Source: Promethearchaeota archaeon | GTDB taxonomy: Archaea > Asgardarchaeota > Lokiarchaeia > Sigyniarchaeales > SOKP01 | NCBI GenBank assembly: GCA_019058295.1 | Contig: JAHPZI010000006.1 | Coordinates: forward strand, 1-64,000 | Direction of reading: 5' to 3' | Length of the DNA stretch: 64,000 nt | Shown here: positions 19,073-28,847 of the stretch, one piece after another | Numbering within the stretch: position 1 is the stretch's first letter | Layout of the letters: each line of letters begins with the position of its first letter | Translations under genes and position numbers: made by a program | Notes under the pieces: model-generated | Databases searched by the model: none | The model's input: the letters and a program-made list of their open reading frames with translations, nothing else | Told to the model about the DNA's origin: nothing

Positions 19073-20541
19073 TCTGCTTCTTCGCCTCTTTTGATTTCAT
19101 TTAATAATAAATCTTTCGTGTGGCACATCAAATAATTAGTATCTTCTCCTTTTTTAGTAACTTCTTCGTAATTTATATTCAGTTCTCTCGAAAGAATTTC
19201 AATAACGCGTGGTCTACAGAAGCCTCCATCGCACCGCCCCATACCTGGTCTACATCTGAACTTAATACCGTCAACAGTTCTTGCTCCTACGGGGGCATGT
19301 ATCGCGTCTAAAATTTCTCTTTCGGGAATCATTTCGCATCTACAAATAATTTTACCCCAAGTAGGATCTTCTTGAATTTTTTGATCTAATTCTTCTTTAC
19401 TTAAGTCCTTAAATCTTTCCGGTCTAGGCCTAATTGGATTATAATCTTCCTTTACTTTCATTACCACCCCTAACAATTCAAGAAATTCTTTTACCTTTTC
19501 GGCAATAGCAAAGCAAGAAGTTAAACCAGGGGATAAAATCCCTGCAACATTAATAAATCCATAAACATCCGTGTTATCAATAATAAAATCATGAGTATCG
19601 GGTACAGCTCGTAATCCCGCAAAATTTCTAATTGAAGCTCTTAGAGGTAAATTAGGAACCAATTTTCTGGCACCTTCTAATATTTCTTTTAAACCCGCTT
19701 CAGTGGTTGAAGTATCTTCAGTATCAGTAATATTTTGAGCGTTAGGACCGACAAATGTATTGCCATGTAATGTTGGACAAACCAATATCCCTTTTGATAC
19801 AACGGTTGGGATTGGAAATAAAATCTTATTCAAATGCATAGCATTTCTGTCAAATAAAATATACTCACCTTTTCTCGGCATAATATCAAAATAATCTAAT
19901 CCCAACATTTTTGAGATATTAGCAGAGTATAATCCTGCTGCATTAATAAGATTACGACATTTGAACTCATCTCCAAAAGTTCTAACTGTAAATGTGTAAT
20001 CGGTATGTTTTATTTTTACAACCTCATGAGAGCGGAAAAATTTCACACCATTCATAGCAGCATTTTCGGCTAAAGCAAATGTTAATTCATACGGGCTTAC
20101 AAGTCCAGCCGTAGGCGCGTGCAATACAGCTACGGCATCATCAGTTAAGGAAGGCTCCATATGTTTAATTCTTTTTTTATCAAAAATAAGCTCCAGATTA
20201 GGAACACCATCTTGAATCCCCTTTTTCCTCTCATCCTCTAGATCTTTAATTTGACTATCTTCCACAGCAACTACGAATGACCCAATTCTTTGAAATGGAA
20301 AATTTAATTCGCGATAAGCTTGCGTATATAATTTATTACCATGAATGCTTAAATGTCGTTTAATATATTGTCTATCGGCGGCATAACCTGCGTGAACAAC
20401 CCCAGAATTGGCTTTTGTCGTTCCCATTGAAATATCGGCTTTTTTTTCTAATAATGCTATCTTTAAGTCGTATTTTGAAAGAGTACGAGCAATACAGCAC
20501 CCAGTAACCCCACCACCGATAATAATAACGTCATATATCAA
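19069..20541 (-). CDS. FAD-dependent glycerol-3-phosphate dehydrogenase subunit A-like (GlpA/LhgO family) with C-terminal BFD [2Fe-2S] domain
   Basis: IIGGGVTG, GTTKANSGVVHAGY, SPGLT, ICRCE...RPGMGRCDGGFC. Confidence 0.85.
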   Translation of the reverse strand: MIYDVIIIGGGVTGCCIARTLSKYDLKIALLEKKADISMGTTKANSGVVHAGYAADRQYIKRHLSIHGNKLYTQAYRELNFPFQRIGSFVVAVEDSQIKDLEDERKKGIQDGVPNLELIFDKKRIKHMEPSLTDDAVAVLHAPTAGLVSPYELTFALAENAAMNGVKFFRSHEVVKIKHTDYTFTVRTFGDEFKCRNLINAAGLYSANISKMLGLDYFDIMPRKGEYILFDRNAMHLNKILFPIPTVVSKGILVCPTLHGNTFVGPNAQNITDTEDTSTTEAGLKEILEGARKLVPNLPLRASIRNFAGLRAVPDTHDFIIDNTDVYGFINVAGILSPGLTSCFAIAEKVKEFLELLGVVMKVKEDYNPIRPRPERFKDLSKEELDQKIQEDPTWGKIICRCEMIPEREILDAIHAPVGARTVDGIKFRCRPGMGRCDGGFCRPRVIEILSRELNINYEEVTKKGEDTNYLMCHTKDLLLNEIKRGEEAE

Positions 20542-20694
20542 ATGTATGCCACCTTTTCAATGTAACTTATCTTCAAGAATCAAATTAAATAAAACTGATT
20601 AATTTAAGTATAAATAATTTAGATCTTTTTAATATTTAATTAGAGAGAGCAGATGATATTTTCTCATTGATAAAATTTGTTTCTGCTTTTGAAG

Positions 20695-21003
20695 TTAAAG
20701 TAGAAATAAAAGCATAATCCATACAATATTGAAAACTACCATTAAAATTATTAAACCTTTTGTTATAGGGTTTAGAATTGCGTTTTTTAAAGAGTTGTTA
20801 ATTTTTAATTCGAGTTGACCCTTTAATATATTCTCAATTGAGCTAAAGTTAACTTTTGGGTACATTTTTTTCATATGGATTGATCCTAAGAAACTAGGCC
20901 TTGTTAAATTTTTGATGGAGTTATCTAATGCCTCTGAAGAAAACAGGTTTAACTTATTTTTCCCTAATTCTTCAAATTCTCTTCTAGAATCAGTTTCTTT
21001 CAT
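20695..21003 (-). CDS. Hypothetical tail-anchored protein
   Basis: 102 aa, soluble N-terminal part, one hydrophobic helix at the extreme C-terminus. Confidence 0.65.
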   Translation of the reverse strand: MKETDSRREFEELGKNKLNLFSSEALDNSIKNLTRPSFLGSIHMKKMYPKVNFSSIENILKGQLELKINNSLKNAILNPITKGLIILMVVFNIVWIMLLFLL

Positions 21004-21209
21004 TTATTTGTAATTAATAGCTTTCTTCTTATAATTTATTTATATCTAATTCTTCTTATATCTTTTTCGATTTAAAAATATAATAATAGATAATTCAGAA
21101 AGAAAAAGTGAAAGAAGAATTTTTACCAAAACGCTTTTTGAAATTATTTGATAGTTTCCTCAAGACTGTCTTCTATTATATCTTGAAAATTAGAAAAAAT
21201 GCTAAATTA

Positions 21210-22541
21210 CTATTTTGAAATTGTGATATTGTCGAATTTGTATAGATCACCAAAATCATCGGGCATACACCATGTTTCTAACGATAAAGTAGTTTTTGAT
21301 ACTTCTTTTTTAACATCAACTATGACAAAATTATACGCTTTTTTAATTTTTGCAATGAATGGCTGTTGAGGAAATGTATATAAGGGTGCACCTGCCCCTC
21401 CGGCAGTTATATAGACCGAATTATTAAGATTTGTGTAATTATAAAGTTCTGAACCATCATATTCAAAATTAGTTGAATTAGTCATGGGATAACTTCGCTC
21501 GTAATGATGATCATGTCCACAAAATATAAGAGACACATTATATTTATCAATCAATGGTTTCCAGTTTTCTCTAAAATAGACATGTGTCCTAGCATCATGT
21601 AATAAAGGATGATGCAAAAACACAAAGTTAACCAAATTTTCTTGAGAGAATTGAATTAATGTCTGATTTAGCCACTCCGTTTGAGGAGCATAATCATGAG
21701 CATATGGGCTGCTAACAAGAATTATGAAACCTATGTCCATATAACTAAAAGAATAATAACGGCTATCAAAAGTTAAATTACTGCGCATGGGTAAATTATC
21801 ATACATTTTCATATCTGCAGATTGCCCCAACTCATGATTTCCTTCAACATAAATTCCTTGCTTATTTAAATTTAAACATTCAGTATCATTAAAATAATCA
21901 TTCCATTGATATTGGTTTAGTCCATCATATACCATATCGCCAGTATGAACCGTGAATTGTATTTTATCATTAAAATTCGCCATTATTTTCTCTGCAAGAT
22001 TCTTTCTTTCATCTCTTTGAGTTTTGCCATTACTTTCAGTTCTGCTATCACCATAAACTAAGAAACTAAAATGATCTGTGTTAGTCGGCATAGTAGTAAA
22101 ATTTAATATTTCTCTTTTGTTATATGGATCTGACCTAATTTGATAAAAGTATGTTTTATTAGGAAGTAAATCTACTAATTCTGCGGTATAAACAAATGTA
22201 GAAGAAATATTTTTAGAATTTGGTTTAACTATGATATTATTAGACAAATCTTCATTAGTGGAATAAATAACTAAAGGATAACTAGCTTTTAATCCTGTAA
22301 ACCAAGATATTACCACAGAATCATTAAAATTATGAATGAACGTTAACCTTATTCCATCTGGTTTATTATATTGGTAGGTAATTGGTAATGGGACATCTAA
22401 ATACTCTTTATCAGAATCAGATTCAGTGCTATCTTCATTTATTAATACAATAAATTGTAGTGATATCAGAATTATTAAAAAAAAGATAATACAAATAATA
22501 TAAGTATTTTCATTATTTACTGTTTTTTTTAATCTGTTCAT
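21210..22541 (-). CDS. Purple acid phosphatase-family metallophosphoesterase with FN3-like domain, membrane-anchored
   Basis: N-terminal TM; YGDSR, HTGDMV, GNHE, LHHP, GHDHHYER, GGAG. Confidence 0.9.
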   Translation of the reverse strand: MNRLKKTVNNENTYIICIIFFLIILISLQFIVLINEDSTESDSDKEYLDVPLPITYQYNKPDGIRLTFIHNFNDSVVISWFTGLKASYPLVIYSTNEDLSNNIIVKPNSKNISSTFVYTAELVDLLPNKTYFYQIRSDPYNKREILNFTTMPTNTDHFSFLVYGDSRTESNGKTQRDERKNLAEKIMANFNDKIQFTVHTGDMVYDGLNQYQWNDYFNDTECLNLNKQGIYVEGNHELGQSADMKMYDNLPMRSNLTFDSRYYSFSYMDIGFIILVSSPYAHDYAPQTEWLNQTLIQFSQENLVNFVFLHHPLLHDARTHVYFRENWKPLIDKYNVSLIFCGHDHHYERSYPMTNSTNFEYDGSELYNYTNLNNSVYITAGGAGAPLYTFPQQPFIAKIKKAYNFVIVDVKKEVSKTTLSLETWCMPDDFGDLYKFDNITISK

Positions 22542-22661
22542 ATTTTTGCAAATTTATTGATATATATTATTTATTTCATAGAATTAGTTGATTATTAAAT
22601 TAGATATTATTATTTAAAAGTGTTTACTAATAAATAACGACCATATTTAGATTATATAATA

Positions 22662-22742
22662 ATGCGTGAATATTTTGATATGGAAACTGAAATGACTGGT
22701 ATGAGATACCCAATAATTATGGGAGCTTATGCAGGAATTTGA
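22662..22742 (+). pseudogene. Truncated remnant resembling the N-terminus of a nitronate monooxygenase/FabK-family gene
   Basis: MREYFDMETEMTGMRYPIIMGAYAGI*; the T-E-M-x-G-x-x-YPII-x-G pattern opens this family; no continuation found. Confidence 0.4.
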
Positions 22743-23086
22743 AAAATTATAAGAAAAGTATGGATTTGAACTTAAAAAATTTAAATTTTTATAACTAATA
22801 ACAAACAATTATATTAATCAAGATTTTTTTTATAATCATGGAAAGTTTACAGTTCCAATTTCACGAATAATGTGGGAAAGGAATGGGAAAAAGATGTTTG
22901 TTCCTTAACAAATAACATCAAAAAAACAAACACTTTTAAATATTAAAATGGTTTATAATTGTAATAATTAATAAAGATTATTGAGATAGAAAAAAATACT
23001 ATCGTAAATAAAAAATAGTTGATTAAAAAAAAGAAAATAAAGTAGTATTTTGATCAATAACGAACAACCGATAAAGTGAAAATAAA

Positions 23087-23995
23087 ATGAGTTATAAAGA
23101 TCGTTTACGTTCCAAAAAAGTGGAACCCGACGTTGAGCAATGTTGCGAGAATCCTTGTATCGAAAGTCGAGAAGGGGATAATGTTTGTTTAAGTTGTGGA
23201 ATGATTATTGGACGTAATCTAGTTGGAAATGAAAGACGAGCTTATACTGTTGAAGAAGTAAATAAGCGAAGACGCACAGAGCCACGCTGGAGAGAATTTG
23301 GACCCCGCACGATGCTTCCGAACAGCAAGATCGACAGCAAAGGGCGTCTTATTGGTGCTAAAGGTAAGACATTGTTTTCTAGACTATCGAAGATTCAGAA
23401 TTCTTTAATTTCTAGTATTGAAAGAAATTTCTGGGAAGCAAAACCTAAGCTTAAAATGCTCACAACCAAAATGAACATACCCGACTACATCAAGGAAACT
23501 GCGTGGAAAATTTACTCAGTTGTAGCCAGGAAAAAACTCACAATGGGTAGATCTATTGATGGTTTTATTGCGGCTTCCTTATACGCTGCTATCAGGGTAC
23601 ACGAGTTTCCGAGATTACTCGAAGAAGTATGTGAAGCTTCTATGACTCCCAGAAGAACGGTACACCGCTCTTTAGGTATGATCGTAAAAGAAGTATTGGG
23701 TGAATTAGGGTTAAAATACAAACCTATTACAGCAGAACAACTCGTATTTCGATTTGGAAACGATTTAGGGCTACCGATGAAAACTCAAAAGAAGGCAATT
23801 AACATGTTAGTTCAGGCCTCCAAAAACGGTCTTTTGAGAACAGGAAAAGATCCAAAAGGTTTAGCAGCTAGCGTGATTTATATGGCTGCAAAAGCTTCCA
23901 ATTGTCGTAAAACCCAAGCAGAAGTAAGTGAAATAGCAAAGGTCACAGAAGTAACTTTAAGATCTCGTTCTAAGCAAATAAGGAATAAGCTTTAA
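23087..23995 (+). CDS. tfb: Transcription initiation factor IIB (TFB) paralog
   Basis: N-terminal CC...CLSCG ribbon; two cyclin folds (GRSIDGFIAASLYAA, GKDPKGLAASVIY, TQAEVSEIAKVTEVTLRSR). Confidence 0.93.
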   Translation: MSYKDRLRSKKVEPDVEQCCENPCIESREGDNVCLSCGMIIGRNLVGNERRAYTVEEVNKRRRTEPRWREFGPRTMLPNSKIDSKGRLIGAKGKTLFSRLSKIQNSLISSIERNFWEAKPKLKMLTTKMNIPDYIKETAWKIYSVVARKKLTMGRSIDGFIAASLYAAIRVHEFPRLLEEVCEASMTPRRTVHRSLGMIVKEVLGELGLKYKPITAEQLVFRFGNDLGLPMKTQKKAINMLVQASKNGLLRTGKDPKGLAASVIYMAAKASNCRKTQAEVSEIAKVTEVTLRSRSKQIRNKL

Positions 23996-24110
23996 AATAA
24001 GACTTACTAAATCTTGGAACAAACGATAATTATCTAAAAGGCTTTTTAATTTTTTTAATATTTCTTTCTAAAAAATGAGAGATTCTATTTCAAAATTTGA
24101 GCGAATCTCA

Positions 24111-24458
24111 TTATTTGTTATATTCTAGAACCTTTAAAGCAAATCGACTTGAAACTGTAGCAGGGCCACCCCCCATTTCAATACCAACTTCTATTGCTTC
24201 TAAAATTTCTTCATTAGTTGATCCTGAGTTTAATGCTTCATTAATATGCCATTGAATGCAAGATTTGCAATTTATAACAATAGAAATACCGATAGCGATT
24301 AATTCTTTATATTTTTTTTTGAGATGACCATCGGAGTATGTTTTTTGTTCTAAATCTACAAAAGATCTATAAACATCTGAATTTTTTAAAAAGAAATTAT
24401 GTGCATTCTTCCTTTCCTTAATTATATCCTCGATTTTTTCTTTATCCCTATCAACCAT
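24111..24458 (-). CDS. Carboxymuconolactone decarboxylase/AhpD-family protein
   Basis: KYKELIAIGISIVINCKSCIQWH...G.T.EEILEA...GGGP. Confidence 0.88.
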   Translation of the reverse strand: MVDRDKEKIEDIIKERKNAHNFFLKNSDVYRSFVDLEQKTYSDGHLKKKYKELIAIGISIVINCKSCIQWHINEALNSGSTNEEILEAIEVGIEMGGGPATVSSRFALKVLEYNK

Positions 24459-24570
24459 AATTATCAATTATAATTTTATTAAATTATAAAATTTTATTGA
24501 GTGAAAATTGCAGTTATTAGTTAATTTAAATAATGTTATAAATAAGAAATTATATTTTTCTTACGAAAAG

Positions 24571-25320
24571 ATGAGTTATATTGAGAAAAAATTTTTAAGA
24601 AAAATTAATGAAATTTTCGAAGATGAATTACCTCAATGGGAAGAATATTTACTTGAATTATTAGAAAAGAAATCTATCAAAATTGCGGATAATGTTGCTA
24701 AGGTATGTGCGGATTTAAATAAACAAATAAATCTTATCCTGAAAAAATATTATCCTGAAATAAAGGAAATGGAGGATAAGTTAATAGTTAAATCCAATTT
24801 AAAGTTTTATTACGATTTGATTGACAAATTAACTGATTTCATAAGAAATGTTGAGAATTTTCAAAAAATTGACGAGAAATATTTTCTTTCTTTAATAGAA
24901 TTTATAGAAGACAAGGACAATTTAATATCAGGAAAATATAAGAACATTTGTAGACAAGAATTAACCGCTTTTTATGACGAGAAATCGAGAGCATATTTAG
25001 AAAAAATAATAGCAGAGAAATTTGAGAAAAGGAGTAGGGAATTTTTCACGTTTGGTTCATTAGAGGAAGAGATTAAAAAAATTGCGAGAACTGCGGGTGC
25101 CAATCAAGTCATTATTACTTCTGTTGATAATTTACCAGAAACGCAGATATTCGATTCCGCCCAATCTTTAATTCGCTTTGGTGTACCCTCAGAAAATAAA
25201 GCTGAATTGAAAGAAATTGGGGAGGAAATAAAAAGATATTTAGAATCAAAAGGTTATAAGGTAAAATTACTTGATGATTCAGTGATTACAGATTTAAAAT
25301 TACTTCCAGATGAGGCTTAA
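24571..25320 (+). CDS. Hypothetical soluble protein
   Basis: Long ORF with host-like composition; likely ATG 24571; no motif recognised. Confidence 0.65.
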   Translation: MSYIEKKFLRKINEIFEDELPQWEEYLLELLEKKSIKIADNVAKVCADLNKQINLILKKYYPEIKEMEDKLIVKSNLKFYYDLIDKLTDFIRNVENFQKIDEKYFLSLIEFIEDKDNLISGKYKNICRQELTAFYDEKSRAYLEKIIAEKFEKRSREFFTFGSLEEEIKKIARTAGANQVIITSVDNLPETQIFDSAQSLIRFGVPSENKAELKEIGEEIKRYLESKGYKVKLLDDSVITDLKLLPDEA

Positions 25321-25344
25321 TAAAATTTTTATTTTTATTCAATG

Positions 25345-25881
25345 TCATACTAAGACTATTTTTTGTTTAAAATCATGATTCCTTGTTAAAGTACCTTTTA
25401 CAGGGCAAAATTTCTCAACTTTTTCCAATACGTTTTCAATCCTTCGTAATTTTTCTTTTGATTCTATATACCAAACATAGTTTATATCATAAAAACCTGG
25501 TAATGGAGCTTCTTTATCTGGCAGGACACATCTTTTATCAAAAGTGGCTTCCACTCTTACTTTTATTGAATCTACATTAACTTTTAAGAACGAAAAATAT
25601 AATAGTGCTGTAATTTCAAGGCAGTTTGCTATGGTTGCTAACAACATTTGCATTGGTGTTGGAGCAGCGTTACTCCCTCCTAAAGTCTCTGGTTCGTCAT
25701 TTTCTATTTCAAATTCGCCGATTTTAGTTTTAACATGTAAATTATCTACTTGTTCAGTTTCTGCTATTAAAGTAGTAATAAATAATTCATCACCCTTTTT
25801 AGTGAATTTATGTTGGATCATTGATTGTAGCCTTTTGTTATATGCAACTATAGATTCATTAGAAACTATCGGTTTAGTCAT
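25345..25881 (-). CDS. OsmC-family protein
   Basis: DEPETLGGSNAAPTPMQMLLA..ANC...FCPVKGTL. ATG 25881 avoids overlap with proS. Confidence 0.88.
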   Translation of the reverse strand: MTKPIVSNESIVAYNKRLQSMIQHKFTKKGDELFITTLIAETEQVDNLHVKTKIGEFEIENDEPETLGGSNAAPTPMQMLLATIANCLEITALLYFSFLKVNVDSIKVRVEATFDKRCVLPDKEAPLPGFYDINYVWYIESKEKLRRIENVLEKVEKFCPVKGTLTRNHDFKQKIVLV

Positions 25882-25942
25882 ATAGAATAAAGTAATACGA
25901 TAAATATTTAATTTGTGGAGTATTATATTTGGATGAATTATA

Positions 25943-27418
25943 ATGGCAAAAAAGAAGAAAGATGCCCCAATAACTGGAATAACTGTTTCAAAAGAAGAAG
26001 ACTTTTCAGGTTGGTACACCGAGATAATAAATAAAGCGGAACTTGCGGATATTAGGTATAATATAAAAGGATTTGTTTGTTATAGGCCATGGGCGACCAT
26101 CTCTATAAAGAGAATGTATAAAAAATATGAGGAGTTGTTAGAGAAAAATGGGCATCTACCCTTAACCATGCCTTCTTTAATTCCCGAAAGTAATCTAATG
26201 TTAGAAGCCGATCATGTGGAAGGATTTGCTCCTGAAGTATTCTGGGTAACCGAAGCTGGAAGTTCTGGTTCCTTAAACGAAAGGTTGGCGCTTCGTCCTA
26301 CAAGTGAGACTGCATTGTACCCAATGTATAGCTATTGGATTCGGAGCTACAAGGATTTACCATTTAAAAGATATTTATCTTGTCAAGTATGGCGATACGA
26401 GGGTAAAATGACAAGACCATTCTTTAGGGGTAGAGAATTTCATTGGATAGAGGCACATGATTGCTTTGGTTCTGAAGAGGAAGCAATGAAGCAAGTTCAT
26501 CAAGATATGGAAATGACATATCAAATGCTTCAAGATAAATTTGCTATTCCCATTATATTCTTTCAGAGACCTAAATGGGATAAATTCGCAGGCAGTGTCA
26601 ATACATACGCCGCAGATGCGCTTATGGGGTCAGGTAAAGTATTACAACTACCTTCTACTCACTTTCTCGGTCAAAATTTTTCAAAACCTTTCAATGTTAA
26701 ATTTGTTGATAAAGATGGAACCGAAAAATATTGTTATCAAACTTGTTATGGACCTGCGATAAGTAGAATTTATGGTGCGATGATTGCTTATTTAGGAGAT
26801 GATAAGGGATTAATTTTACCATTCGATTTAGCACCAATTCAAATTGTAATAGTTCCAATATTAATTAAAGGAAAAGAGAAAATTGTTTTAGAAAAATGCA
26901 AAGAAGTTTATGAGACAATTAGAGATAAATACATAGTAAAACTGGATGATTCTGATGAATCTCCTGGGAGTAAATTTTATTATTGGGAAATGAAAGGGGT
27001 ACCTTTCAGAATTGAAATTGGACCTAAAGATGTTGCAAACAATCAAATAGTAATAGTAAAAAGACATGATGGTCAAAAATTCAATATAAAAAATGAGGAA
27101 ATTGAATCATTTATAGAAAACATGGCTGAAAATTATACAAAAGAAATTAAAGAGAAAAAGATGTTAGATTTCGAATCTCAAATAGAATTATGTTATGAAA
27201 AAGATTCAGCTATGGAAGCAATAGAAAATGGTAAGATTGTGTGTTGTGGTTTTTGCTCTATAGATAATAAAGGTTATAGATGTGCCGAAGTTGTTGAAAA
27301 AGAAATTGGAGCTTTTGTACGAGGAAAACGTGTGGATGAAGAAAAACATGAATTTGCAAGCTGTATAATTTGTGGAGAACCTGCCTCATGTACCGTGTAT
27401 CTTGCTAAGAGTTATTAA
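25943..27418 (+). CDS. proS: Prolyl-tRNA synthetase, archaeal/eukaryotic type
   Basis: FSGWY, LRPTSET, RGREFHWIEAH, C-terminal zinc domain ending LAKSY. Confidence 0.97.
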   Translation: MAKKKKDAPITGITVSKEEDFSGWYTEIINKAELADIRYNIKGFVCYRPWATISIKRMYKKYEELLEKNGHLPLTMPSLIPESNLMLEADHVEGFAPEVFWVTEAGSSGSLNERLALRPTSETALYPMYSYWIRSYKDLPFKRYLSCQVWRYEGKMTRPFFRGREFHWIEAHDCFGSEEEAMKQVHQDMEMTYQMLQDKFAIPIIFFQRPKWDKFAGSVNTYAADALMGSGKVLQLPSTHFLGQNFSKPFNVKFVDKDGTEKYCYQTCYGPAISRIYGAMIAYLGDDKGLILPFDLAPIQIVIVPILIKGKEKIVLEKCKEVYETIRDKYIVKLDDSDESPGSKFYYWEMKGVPFRIEIGPKDVANNQIVIVKRHDGQKFNIKNEEIESFIENMAENYTKEIKEKKMLDFESQIELCYEKDSAMEAIENGKIVCCGFCSIDNKGYRCAEVVEKEIGAFVRGKRVDEEKHEFASCIICGEPASCTVYLAKSY

Positions 27419-27458
27419 AAAAAAATATTGATAATAGAACTAAAGAGAGGTTTAAAAA

Positions 27459-27911
27459 ATGTTGTTTGAAATTGGAGATGAAGAATTACATAATATAAGA
27501 GAGCAATTTGCCTTGTTTGATGAAGATGGAAGTGGATCTATAACGATCAATGAATTAGGAAATATTTATGAAGCACTTGGACATCATTTTACAGAAAATG
27601 AGCTCTTAGAAATGATGAATGATACTGATTTGAATCAAGATGGATATATTACGTTCCATGAGTTTTTGAGCTTATATAAGAGATACATACATTTTAAACT
27701 CCAAGAAGAAAAACTAATAGAAGCCTTTAAGATATGTGATTGCGATGGAAATCAATATGTTACTTTAGATGAATTGAGACGTATTATGAAAGAAGTAGGT
27801 GAAAGTTTAAATGAGACGCAAATTAGAGCCATGCTGAAAGAAGTAGATATAGATGGAGATGATAAAATAAATTTTCAGGAATTTATCAAATTAATGAAAT
27901 CAATATCATAA
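27459..27911 (+). CDS. Calmodulin-like four-EF-hand calcium-binding protein
   Basis: EF loops DEDGSGSITINE, DLNQDGYITFHE, DCDGNQYVTLDE, DIDGDDKINFQE start at residues 21, 57, 94 and 130; GAGAGG upstream. Confidence 0.93.
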   Translation: MLFEIGDEELHNIREQFALFDEDGSGSITINELGNIYEALGHHFTENELLEMMNDTDLNQDGYITFHEFLSLYKRYIHFKLQEEKLIEAFKICDCDGNQYVTLDELRRIMKEVGESLNETQIRAMLKEVDIDGDDKINFQEFIKLMKSIS

Positions 27912-27966
27912 TACATCCCGTAAAGATATAATTCGAGAGAAAATGTGGTTAAGGCTTTACTGATTT

Positions 27967-28713
27967 TTATATCTTAATGATTTTTTTCATCCACTTTGGC
28001 ATTATAAAACCTATATAAAAAAGGCTTGCTGAAATCAGTAGGATCACTCTGAAAATAAATAAAAAAAGAATAGATAAATAAAGTAAACCGTCCGCGATTG
28101 CTCCAATTCCAAAAGAAATGAAGGCGCTTAATAAAAATCTACCTTTCCATTTAACTTGAATTGAATCTGATCTTAAAGAAATAATGGAAAAATGGATACC
28201 TGTAAGAACAGAAGTTGCTATCATTAATCCCAAATAAATAAAAACAAAACCTCTATATTCAATATCAATAGGATTTCTTTTAATTCCAACCATGCTCTCT
28301 ATTGGAGCTCCTGGAATAATGTAAAGAAACAAAATCAGATAAATGTAAAAGAAAATTGAAAAGATAGCATAAGAAATCAGAATATAATTCTTTTTATTAG
28401 GGAATAAAACTGTCATGTATATTGTTAGCCAAGCAAGGATAGCAATGGGAATAAAAATCGTTCCGAGCAAAACATAAAACCGATAATCAAGATGTCTGTC
28501 AGTAATTAATAAATAAATATACCCCAATCCAGCAGAGTACCACGGACTGATTGTAAAAAAGACTGTTAAAAAGAAATAAAAAAGTATCTTTTGTTTTAAT
28601 TTAATTGCTTTATATAAAACAATTGTGCCTAACAATAGCGCTACGCATATAGCAATAATTCCAAGGAAACCAGAGAGATAACCTGTTTCGCTTAATTCAT
28701 TCTCACTAACCAT
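27967..28713 (-). CDS. Polytopic (~7 TM) membrane protein of unknown function
   Basis: About seven hydrophobic segments in 248 aa. Confidence 0.7.
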   Translation of the reverse strand: MVSENELSETGYLSGFLGIIAICVALLLGTIVLYKAIKLKQKILFYFFLTVFFTISPWYSAGLGYIYLLITDRHLDYRFYVLLGTIFIPIAILAWLTIYMTVLFPNKKNYILISYAIFSIFFYIYLILFLYIIPGAPIESMVGIKRNPIDIEYRGFVFIYLGLMIATSVLTGIHFSIISLRSDSIQVKWKGRFLLSAFISFGIGAIADGLLYLSILFLFIFRVILLISASLFYIGFIMPKWMKKIIKI

Positions 28714-28847
28714 ATAATTACAACAAATTAAAATAATTATTTAATATTTTGTTAATATTTTGTTTCTCTTCGTTATATCTAAGAAATATTTATTAACTTT
28801 TTATTAATTTTATTAATTAATGTCCTAGTAATAGGAGGAATAAAGAA

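Noticed and set aside
25882-26019. N-terminal extension of the OsmC ORF in the track
   Set aside because: It overlaps the divergent proS start; ATG 25881 gives a normal-sized protein.
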